This document shows positions 9,701 through 17,506 of a stretch of 64,000 nt of DNA, piece by piece. The stretch lies in assembly GCA_964511015.1 (NCBI GenBank), contig CAZEDX010000002.1, forward strand, positions 197-64,196, written 5' to 3'. Under the pieces are notes generated by a model, which searched no databases, was not told the origin of the DNA, and saw nothing but the letters and a program-made list of their open reading frames with translations. Positions within the stretch are counted from its first letter, which is position 1. Every line of letters begins with the position of its first letter. A program made the position numbers and the translations under genes. The stretch comes from an uncultured bacterium. Lineage in GTDB: Bacteria; Lernaellota; Lernaellaia; Lernaellales; Lernaellaceae.

Positions 9701-9941
9701 AATAGTTTACCTCTCTTTGTCCTTCTCACCCTCGCCGTTTGTATCGATTGCGTATCCAATATTGAACCGGCCATCGAATCGTTCCATCTCTGTGTTAGTC
9801 GGGAGCGAGGGAGAAGCCCCTGAAGAAACGCGGGCGATTCCCTTGGCTAGGCCTACGGTCGGAACCTGAACAACGCCCAAGACCGACCGCGGGCCACCAC
9901 GGCGCCGGTGGTTCCCCTCGACGGCGTAGTGAGGGACAATC

Positions 9942-11204
9942 ATGAGTACACGCAAGACAAAAACGCGATTGATGTTGGTCGTTTTGCTCGTGGCCATGGT
10001 GGCGGCCGGCTTCCTCGTGCTGGGACGCAACCGCACCGTCGTTCCCCAGTACGAAACGGCGAAGGTAGAACAAGGTGCAATTGTCGCGAAAGTCACGGCC
10101 ACCGGATCGTTGTCGGCGTTGGTCACGGTCGAGGTGGGCAGCCAGGTTTCCGGCCGTCTCGCGGAATTGCTGGTGGACTACAATTCCCCAGTCAAGAAAG
10201 GTCAGGTACTGGCGCGAATCGATCCGCAGTTTTTTCAAGCGGCGCTCGAGCAGTCGCGCGCCAACTATCAGGCGTCACAGGCCAACTTGACCAAAGCCCA
10301 GGTGCAGGCCGAGGAAGCCCGGCGTAACTTCGAGCGCGCCAAAAGCCTGCGCGAACGGAATCTGATCGCCCAGGCCGATCTCGACGCGGCCCAGGCCACG
10401 TATGATGCCATGCGCGCGGAGATCGACGCCGCCCAGGCCGCGCTGTCGGTGGCGCGCGCGACATTGCATCAGGCGGAATTGAATCTGAGCTACACCACCA
10501 TCGTTTCCCCCGTGGACGGCATCGTGATTTCGCGCGCTGTATCCGTCGGTCAGACGGTGGCCGCGTCGCTCCAAGCCCCTACGCTGTTCACTATCGCTGA
10601 AGACCTGCGCCGCATGCAGGTCGACACCAGTGTGGCGGAATCCGACGTCGGCCGCCTCGCGCCTGGTTTGAAAGCGACCTTCACCGTCGATGCTTATCCG
10701 ACCGAGGAGTTTGTCGGCACAATCCGCCAGGTGCGCAACTCCCCGCAGACGGTGCAAAATGTCGTGACTTACGACGCGGTGATCAATGTGGACAACCCCG
10801 ACCTGCGCCTCAAGCCCGGCATGACCGCCAACTGCACGTTCGTCTATGCCGAACGCGCCAATGCCGTGCGCATTCCGAACGCAGCGCTTCGTTTCAAGCC
10901 GGCCGCTCCGCTCGTCACGGCGGACGTCGACACCTCCGACGTCGCCGTAGCCTCACCAGCCGTCTCACCACCGGCCGCGGTGGCTACGGCCGACAGCCGA
11001 ACCATTTGGGTGCTGCGAAATGGCTACCCACAGGCCGTGACCATTCGGATCGGCATCACCGACGGCTCCTGGACCGAAGTGACTGCCGGCGAACTTCGCC
11101 CGGGCGACGAGGTCATCACCGGCCAGGCCAGTGGCGAGGCAGCGGGCGGCAACGGCAAATCGTCGGCCAAACGTAACAGCGCACCGCCGCCTCCGATGTT
11201 CTAG
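9942..11204 (+). CDS. Periplasmic adaptor (HlyD/MacA-type membrane fusion protein) of a tripartite efflux system
   Basis: N-terminal TM/signal anchor, coiled-coil region and lipoyl/beta-barrel motifs typical of MacA-family adaptors. Directly upstream of MacB-like ATPase and permease genes. GAGGGA precedes the ATG. Confidence 0.85.
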   Translation: MSTRKTKTRLMLVVLLVAMVAAGFLVLGRNRTVVPQYETAKVEQGAIVAKVTATGSLSALVTVEVGSQVSGRLAELLVDYNSPVKKGQVLARIDPQFFQAALEQSRANYQASQANLTKAQVQAEEARRNFERAKSLRERNLIAQADLDAAQATYDAMRAEIDAAQAALSVARATLHQAELNLSYTTIVSPVDGIVISRAVSVGQTVAASLQAPTLFTIAEDLRRMQVDTSVAESDVGRLAPGLKATFTVDAYPTEEFVGTIRQVRNSPQTVQNVVTYDAVINVDNPDLRLKPGMTANCTFVYAERANAVRIPNAALRFKPAAPLVTADVDTSDVAVASPAVSPPAAVATADSRTIWVLRNGYPQAVTIRIGITDGSWTEVTAGELRPGDEVITGQASGEAAGGNGKSSAKRNSAPPPPMF

Positions 11205-11212
11205 GTATCGCC

Positions 11213-11944
11213 ATGAACGCCCAATCGCCCCTGATCCAGTTGGAGAATGTGACCAAGGTCTATCTGGCCGGCGACCTCGAGGTGCCTGCGTTGCATGGAT
11301 TAGATCTGACTATCGAAACGGGCGACTTCGTTGCCATCATGGGCGCATCCGGCTCGGGCAAATCCACGTTGATGAACATCTTGGGTTGTCTGGACCGCCC
11401 CACCAGCGGCCGCTATCGCCTGTCCGGCCGCGACGTTTCCCAGTTAAGCAAGGACGAGCTGGCGGGCATACGCAACCAACTTCTGGGCTTCGTATTCCAA
11501 AGTTTCAATCTGCTCCCGCGCACCAGCGCACTGGAAAACGTGGAACTTCCTCTTCTCTACTCGACTACTCCCGCCCGCACCCGACACGAGCTGGCCCGGC
11601 TGGCGTTGCAACGAGTCGGCCTGAAAGACCGCATGGAACACCACCCGAATCAACTGTCCGGCGGCCAGCAACAACGTGTAGCGATCGCCCGGGCGTTGGT
11701 AACCTCTCCCCAACTGGTACTGGCCGACGAGCCGACCGGCAATCTCGATTCGCGAACCAGCGTCGAAATCATGGGACTGTTCCAGGAACTTGGTCGCGCG
11801 GGCATTACCGTTATATTGGTCACCCACGAACCGGACATCGCGCAGTACGCCTCACGCGTCCTGGTCATGAAAGACGGACGGGTCGTCTCAGACCGGCGCC
11901 AGACTCCGCTCGCGACCAACCCAGCCAAACAGGAGGCGTCATGA
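11213..11944 (+). CDS. ABC transporter ATP-binding protein (MacB/LolD-like)
   Basis: Walker A GASGSGKST, Q-loop, signature [15 protein letters not shown], Walker B LVLADEPTGNLD. Confidence 0.95.
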   Translation: MNAQSPLIQLENVTKVYLAGDLEVPALHGLDLTIETGDFVAIMGASGSGKSTLMNILGCLDRPTSGRYRLSGRDVSQLSKDELAGIRNQLLGFVFQSFNLLPRTSALENVELPLLYSTTPARTRHELARLALQRVGLKDRMEHHPNQLSGGQQQRVAIARALVTSPQLVLADEPTGNLDSRTSVEIMGLFQELGRAGITVILVTHEPDIAQYASRVLVMKDGRVVSDRRQTPLATNPAKQEAS

Positions 11945-13170
11945 GCTTGTTGCAAACCTTCCGCATCGCCGTGCGCGCCGTGCGTCGCAACAAGATGCGT
12001 TCGTTTCTCACCGCGCTAGGCATCATCATCGGCGTTTCCGCGGTGATTGCGATGATGGCGCTCGGCGAAGGAGCAAAGGCGCAAGTGGCGAATGTGTTCC
12101 AATCGATGGGCTCCAACATGCTGATCGTGCTGCCGGGCTCTACCACGTCCGGCGGCGCTCGGGGCGGGTTCGGCTCCATGCCCACGCTTACCTGGGCGGA
12201 CCTGAAAGCGATTCAGTCCGAGCTTTCCAGCGTGCGCTATGCGGCGCCGGAGTTGCGCACCAGCGCCGCGGTCGCCAGCGAAGAACAGAACTGGACCACC
12301 CAGGTCAACGGCACGACCCCCGACTTCTTTGCAATTCGCAACTGGAAACTGGCCAGCGGTGCGCTCTTCAGTGAGGCCGACGTGGAGGCCAATGCCAAGG
12401 TCGTCGTCCTCGGCCAGACGGTCGTGACGCAACTGTATGGCGCTTCCGCCGACCCGGTCGGCCAAGTAGTCCGCATTAACAAGGTTCCGTTCCAGGTTGT
12501 CGGCGTGCTGGCCAAGAAGGGCCAATCAGCGATGGGCATGGACGTCGACGATGCCGTCTTCATTCCAGTCACGGCCTACCAGACCAAGATCCAGGGCGGG
12601 CTGCAGGAGTACGTCAACGGCGCCATACTGGTGGGATCGTATTCCCCGGAAGCGACGGTTCGCGCGGAGACGGAAATCAGCGATCTGCTTCGCGAACGTC
12701 ACCATCTGGCGGCCGGAGCCGAAAACGACTTCTCGATTCGCAACCTGCAAGAGATGGCCAGCGCCATGGAGTCAAGCACCGCGACCATGACTACGCTGCT
12801 GGCGGGCATCGCCGCGGTGTCTCTGCTGGTCGGCGGCATCGGCATCATGAACATCATGCTCGTTAGCGTCACCGAACGCACGCGCGAAATCGGCTTGCGC
12901 ATGGCCGTGGGCGCGCGGCCCCGCCACATTCTGGCCCAGTTCCTGGTCGAATCCTTCACCCTCTCGGTGGGTGGCGGGCTGATCGGACTGATCGTCGGCA
13001 TGGTTGCCGCCCAACAAGTCTCCTCGCGACTCGGCTGGCAACTCGTGATCCAACCCGGTATCGTGGCGCTCGCTATCGGCTTTAGTGCCGTGGTCGGCAT
13101 TGGTTTCGGCCTGTACCCGGCCACCAAAGCCTCGCGGCTCGACCCCATCCAGGCCCTGCACTACGAATAG
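11941..13170 (+). CDS. ABC transporter permease, FtsX/MacB-type (4 TM with large periplasmic domain)
   Basis: The ATG at 11941 overlaps the upstream stop (ATGA) and is preceded by CAGGAGG. Product shows the MacB/FtsX topology with a periplasmic domain between TM1 and TM2. The longer track ORF starting at 11131 is a frame artefact running across the ATPase gene. Confidence 0.9.
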   Translation: MSLLQTFRIAVRAVRRNKMRSFLTALGIIIGVSAVIAMMALGEGAKAQVANVFQSMGSNMLIVLPGSTTSGGARGGFGSMPTLTWADLKAIQSELSSVRYAAPELRTSAAVASEEQNWTTQVNGTTPDFFAIRNWKLASGALFSEADVEANAKVVVLGQTVVTQLYGASADPVGQVVRINKVPFQVVGVLAKKGQSAMGMDVDDAVFIPVTAYQTKIQGGLQEYVNGAILVGSYSPEATVRAETEISDLLRERHHLAAGAENDFSIRNLQEMASAMESSTATMTTLLAGIAAVSLLVGGIGIMNIMLVSVTERTREIGLRMAVGARPRHILAQFLVESFTLSVGGGLIGLIVGMVAAQQVSSRLGWQLVIQPGIVALAIGFSAVVGIGFGLYPATKASRLDPIQALHYE

Positions 13171-13268
13171 CCTACGCTGACAACGCGCTTGGCGTTTGGC
13201 GCAAGAACCCTTACAATTCGTTTCGTTTGTGTCCCATTTCCTTTTCCACCTCTGCAAGGCGGGCGTCA

Positions 13269-15923
13269 ATGAGGAATCCGTTCCATTTGTGGTTGCTCTT
13301 TGCCCTGTTGTCGATATTGGTTCCGACCATGTTGGGTTGCGCCGCGGAAGATGACGATGACGAAGTGGCCGACGATGACAGCGGCGGACAAGATGACGAT
13401 CAAATGGCGGACGATGACAACGGCGGCGACGATGACGACTTCAACCTCTCCGATCCGCTCGGTCCGGGCGAAGTGCGCGCCGGCAAAATCACCGCCGAGG
13501 ATGAACTGATCGGCGGACCCCGCGCGCGCGGCGAAATCGGCGATTACAAGATCTACAACTCGCGCATCGAGTTGATCATTCGCTCGCCGGAACACGTCGG
13601 CGTGAGCTTCACCGGCTACGCGGGAAACATCATCGACGCCGACCGCGCCCGGCCGCCGGAAGAGCCCGGCCAGGACAACCTGCAAGGCCTCGACCATATC
13701 GTGTGCCTGGTGCGGGGTTTCTGGGCTCAGCAGGTCCAGGTGCTCAGCCACGGCGAAGACGGCCAGGCGATCATTCGAGTCATCGGCGAAGACGGGGGCG
13801 TGCAGTTCACCGATGCCCTGCTCGGCTCGTATATCAATCTTTACAAGAAGGACTACAAAGTCCGCATCGTCAATGACTACATTCTCGATCCAGATTCCGA
13901 CTACATTACCGTCCGGACCTTTGTGCAGAACGACGGCGACGCCGACCGCAACGTGGCGATCGCGGATCTGCCGTTCTGGGGCTTCGATACCGACACGTTC
14001 CTACCGCGCACCGGTTTCAACGTCGGCGATCTCGATCTGCTGGCCTCGGTGCGTTGGGTTGGCGGCCTGAACCTGTGGGGCACCGGTGTTTCCTACGCAC
14101 TTGCAACGGCCACATCGTCGGCCAATCTGTACATTCCGTACATCTACGGCAACGTCATTCCGTCGGTGGAAACTCTGCTGAAGGTCAAAGCGCACGAGCA
14201 CAATTCCTGGGAACGCATCTTTATCGTCGGCGACGGCGACACCAGCGTGATCTTCTCCGCCCTCAATGACTTCGACCACAACAACATCTACGGCGTACTC
14301 TCCGGCACGCTGACGTTGGCCGACGGCGGCTCGTTCGACAAAACTCGCGTGTACATCAAAGACCACCGGCCGGAGGGCCTGAACTACGTCGGCATGCTGT
14401 TGCCCGACCGCGAGGGCAAATTCAGCGCGCAACTCGCGCCGGGCACCTACCAACTCGTGGCCGTGGGCGAAGGTCGCGCGGACTCCTCCCCGGTGACCGT
14501 CAACATCGTGAACGAACAGGTGACCCCCGCCGCGCTCTCGCTCGACGCGCCGGGCTACCTGGACATCGCAATCACCGGCGAAGACGGCGGTCCGCTGCCG
14601 TGCCGTGTCGGGTTCCAGAACGGCTACTGGGCCGATCCGAATTCGTCGATCGTCTCCCTCTTCTTCTCGGCCACCGGCACCGACCGCATTCCGATTCAAC
14701 CGGGCGACTACACGGTCACCATTGCGCGCGGCTACGAATATGAACTGATCCGCGAGAACGTCACGATCGTCGCCGGCGCAGACAACGCACAGTACATCAT
14801 GGGCGAGTTGGCGCGTTCGGTCGACACCACCGGCTGGATCTCCACCGACTTCCATATTCACGGTGCCTTCTCGACCGATTCCGGCACGCGGCCGGTCGAG
14901 CGTACTCTCCAGTTCGCCGCCGAAGGCCTGGAGATGCCAGTCATCACCGAACACGACTACGTCGCGCCCTATGCGGACTACGTCGCGGAAGCCGGCGTTT
15001 CCGGCTGGGTGCAAGTCGTCACCGGCACCGAAATCAGCCCGGGCATCGGGCACTTCAACGCTTGGCCGTTGACACCCAACCCCGCATTCCCCGATTTCTA
15101 CGGCCTACCCTTCATGCTGTACGACGAGGAGCGCGAGGTGCTGCGCAACTACGAGTTCCCCGAAATGTGGCAGATGGCGCGCGAAGACTACGGCGCCCGC
15201 AGCATTCAGATCAACCATCCTCGCGATTGGTTCGACTACATCGGGTATGATCTGAGCATCGGCCTGGATTCCGCGGACCCCGATCGCTTCAGCACGGATT
15301 TCGACGCGATGGAGGTCTGGAACGGCACGGGCGGCAATACCCTGGAGTACTGGTTCAGTTTCATCGACCAGGGCCTGAACGTTACGCTGCACGGCAACTC
15401 TGATTCGCACAACTACCTGCCCGACGATCTCGGCAGCCCGCGCAATCTGATCGCGGTGCCGCTCGGCGGCGATGATCCGGCTACCGCTGAACAACAGGAA
15501 TTCATCGACAGCGACCTGGAACATCACGCCCAGTTGACCAGCGGACCGGTAATTGATTTCACTATCGCCGACCAGACCATCGGTGAATTGGTTATCGGCT
15601 TGGGCATCAACCAGGTGCCGATACACGTGACCGTGCAGGCGCCGTCCTGGGTGCGGGTCGACTACCTGAAGATCTACTCGAACCACGGCGAGGTCGTTTA
15701 CGAAGAACCGATCGCTGAAACCACCAATATCGTCCGTTATGACGACACGATCACGCTGACCGCCGACGAAGACGCCTATTTCGTCGTGGAAACCGGTCAT
15801 ACGACGGCGACGCTCGGGCCCGTCACGCCCGGAGCGCGCACCTTTGCGATCACCAACCCGATTTGGGTGGACATCGACGGCGACGGCGAATTCGACGCGC
15901 CTGGCTTGCCGGAATCGCATTAG
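13269..15923 (+). CDS. Lipoprotein with PHP-type metal-dependent phosphoesterase domain (CehA/McbA-like) and N-terminal poly-Asp linker
   Basis: Start placed at MRNPFHLWLLFALLSILVPTMLGC, a signal peptide plus lipobox. The post-Cys tail is AAEDDDDEVADDDSGGQDDD. PHP motifs are DFHIHGAFSTDSG, ITEHDYV, INHPRDW and HGNSDSHNY. Confidence 0.85.
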   Translation: MRNPFHLWLLFALLSILVPTMLGCAAEDDDDEVADDDSGGQDDDQMADDDNGGDDDDFNLSDPLGPGEVRAGKITAEDELIGGPRARGEIGDYKIYNSRIELIIRSPEHVGVSFTGYAGNIIDADRARPPEEPGQDNLQGLDHIVCLVRGFWAQQVQVLSHGEDGQAIIRVIGEDGGVQFTDALLGSYINLYKKDYKVRIVNDYILDPDSDYITVRTFVQNDGDADRNVAIADLPFWGFDTDTFLPRTGFNVGDLDLLASVRWVGGLNLWGTGVSYALATATSSANLYIPYIYGNVIPSVETLLKVKAHEHNSWERIFIVGDGDTSVIFSALNDFDHNNIYGVLSGTLTLADGGSFDKTRVYIKDHRPEGLNYVGMLLPDREGKFSAQLAPGTYQLVAVGEGRADSSPVTVNIVNEQVTPAALSLDAPGYLDIAITGEDGGPLPCRVGFQNGYWADPNSSIVSLFFSATGTDRIPIQPGDYTVTIARGYEYELIRENVTIVAGADNAQYIMGELARSVDTTGWISTDFHIHGAFSTDSGTRPVERTLQFAAEGLEMPVITEHDYVAPYADYVAEAGVSGWVQVVTGTEISPGIGHFNAWPLTPNPAFPDFYGLPFMLYDEEREVLRNYEFPEMWQMAREDYGARSIQINHPRDWFDYIGYDLSIGLDSADPDRFSTDFDAMEVWNGTGGNTLEYWFSFIDQGLNVTLHGNSDSHNYLPDDLGSPRNLIAVPLGGDDPATAEQQEFIDSDLEHHAQLTSGPVIDFTIADQTIGELVIGLGINQVPIHVTVQAPSWVRVDYLKIYSNHGEVVYEEPIAETTNIVRYDDTITLTADEDAYFVVETGHTTATLGPVTPGARTFAITNPIWVDIDGDGEFDAPGLPESH
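13347..13440 (+). repeat. Coding (GAY)n low-complexity tract encoding poly-Asp linker
   Basis: Direct reading shows gatgacgatgac-type codon repeats encoding D-rich sequence inside the CDS. Confidence 0.6.
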
Positions 15924-15943
15924 CCGAACAAGGAGTCATCGGT

Positions 15944-17506
15944 ATGACAAGGATACGCAACCTCGGATTGACCATGGCCTTGGTGTTCGTCGTTGCCGGC
16001 CTAGCTACGGCCGAAGTGCCCACGATGGCCGGTTGGCCGCAAACGGTCCCGGGTTCGACCTACTTCGCGAACATGGGCGGTCTGGTGTTGGCCAACATCG
16101 ATGACACTCCCGATTTGGAAGTGATCGTCGGCACCACGGCACAAAAACTGCACGTCTGGAAATACGACGGCAGCCTGGTCTTCACGGTAAACCTGACCGG
16201 TTGCGCCCAGGGCGTTCCCGCCGTCGGCGACGTCATCGGCGATAGCGCGCCTGAGATTGTCGTCACCACCCGCCCGTCGTTGAAAGCCAACGTCGGCACG
16301 GTGCACGTCTTCTCGGGCGCGGGCGACCTGCTCTACTCGGCCGCGATGGATCACAACGGCAGCCTGATGAACTCGCCGACGCTGGCCGACCTCGACGCCG
16401 ACGGCAAAAAAGAGATCATCGTGGGGGAAGAGGACAATCCGGACGGCTGGCTGTATGCGCTCGAGGGTGACCTCACCGCGATGAACAAAGCCTGGCCGGC
16501 CAAGCTCGACCATGTGCCGGCAACCAGTGCGGCGGCCGGCGACATCGACGGCGACGGCGACCCCGAAATCGCCGTCTGCTCGTTCCTGAGCCTCTATGCG
16601 TTCGAAACTGACGGCACGCTCCTCGCCGGCTTCCCCGTCACGTTGGCCGACGAAACCTACAGCTACGGCTCGCCGGCGTTGGCCGACCTCAACAGAGACG
16701 GGACGTTGGAGATCCTCACCATCACGCACGGTGATGAGAGCTTCGTTCACGCGATTCAGTATGACGGTTCCGAACTCACTGGCTGGCCGTACAGCCTCGG
16801 CAACTACTGGAGCTTCGGACCGCCGTCCGTCGGCGATCTTGACGGTGACGGCGAGCTGGAAGTCGTGGCCGGTCGGCAAGGCGGTAGCGTGGTATCCGAA
16901 GAGCTGTTCGTCATCACTCATGAAGGCGACGACTTCGGTAACTTCCCCTACGCCATCGCCGGCGGCGTCGAAGGCAATATCCTGCTCGCCGATTTCACGG
17001 GTGACAACAGGGTGGAAATCGTCTTCAGCAGCAACCTGGCCAACAGCGGTCAGGGCTACATGCACGCGGTCGATGCAGCGGCCCAGCCGCTTGCCGACTG
17101 GCCGTTGCGGCCTGAAGGCCTCACTTACCTAAACGGCGCGACCATGGGCGATGTGAACAACGACGGCGTGCCCGAATTCGGCGTGCTGGCTGTGGATTCC
17201 GTCGGCGACGGCTCGGTGAGTGTGGGCCTGTACCGCAACCCCGACTATTTTTTTGGCGCGGGCGGCGTGCACTGGCGCACCTACCAAGCCGACGACGGGC
17301 ACACCGGGCTGTACGACCCGATCTGGCCCGATGACGACGACACCACCGACGACGACGCGACGGATGACGACTCCGACGACGACCAGACCGACGACGACAG
17401 CGACGACGACAATGACGACAATGATGACGCCTCCGACGGCGACGCCGATGACGATCAGGCCGACAACAACGGCGATGATGACGACGACAACGGCTGCGGC
17501 AATTAG
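15944..17506 (+). CDS. Secreted FG-GAP/VCBS-type beta-propeller repeat protein with C-terminal poly-Asp tail ending GCGN
   Basis: AAGGAG lies 8 nt upstream of the ATG at 15944. Signal peptide MTRIRNLGLTMALVFVVAGLATA. Repeated Ca-binding-like motifs DLDADGKKEI, DIDGDGDPEI, DLNRDGTLEI, DLDGDGELEV and DVNNDGVPEF. About 70 C-terminal residues are almost entirely D/N/T/S. Confidence 0.85.
   Translation: MTRIRNLGLTMALVFVVAGLATAEVPTMAGWPQTVPGSTYFANMGGLVLANIDDTPDLEVIVGTTAQKLHVWKYDGSLVFTVNLTGCAQGVPAVGDVIGDSAPEIVVTTRPSLKANVGTVHVFSGAGDLLYSAAMDHNGSLMNSPTLADLDADGKKEIIVGEEDNPDGWLYALEGDLTAMNKAWPAKLDHVPATSAAAGDIDGDGDPEIAVCSFLSLYAFETDGTLLAGFPVTLADETYSYGSPALADLNRDGTLEILTITHGDESFVHAIQYDGSELTGWPYSLGNYWSFGPPSVGDLDGDGELEVVAGRQGGSVVSEELFVITHEGDDFGNFPYAIAGGVEGNILLADFTGDNRVEIVFSSNLANSGQGYMHAVDAAAQPLADWPLRPEGLTYLNGATMGDVNNDGVPEFGVLAVDSVGDGSVSVGLYRNPDYFFGAGGVHWRTYQADDGHTGLYDPIWPDDDDTTDDDATDDDSDDDQTDDDSDDDNDDNDDASDGDADDDQADNNGDDDDDNGCGN
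17331..17503 (+). repeat. Coding (GAY)n low-complexity tract encoding C-terminal poly-Asp tail
   Basis: Codon-level gac/gat repeats read directly. They encode DDDDTTDDDATDDDSDDD...DDDDDNGCGN. Confidence 0.6.

Noticed and set aside
11131-13170. 679-aa ORF-track entry starting at 11131
   Set aside because: It runs through the MacB-like ATPase gene in another frame. Its N-terminal 270 aa are Arg/Pro-rich nonsense. The ATG at 11941 with RBS and ATGA overlap is the real permease start.
13227-15923. Longer N-terminal extensions suggested by the ORF track for several genes (13227, 15863, 23785, 25520, 26975, 49210, 50087, 56617, 60178, 62209, 42883)
   Set aside because: In each case an internal ATG or GTG has a much better RBS and/or overlaps the upstream stop, and it restores a family-typical N-terminus (signal peptide or conserved first motif). 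The extensions are low-complexity.
14001-17065. Minus-strand ORFs 14001-15053, 15105-15920 and 16001-17065, antisense to the PHP lipoprotein and FG-GAP genes
   Set aside because: High-GC antisense artefacts. The sense strand has signal peptides, PHP metal-binding motifs and FG-GAP repeats.
13347-17503. (GAY)n DNA repeats considered as possible non-coding tandem repeats or an array
   Set aside because: They are in-frame inside well-supported CDSs and encode poly-Asp. Interpreted as coding low-complexity (still reported as repeat features).
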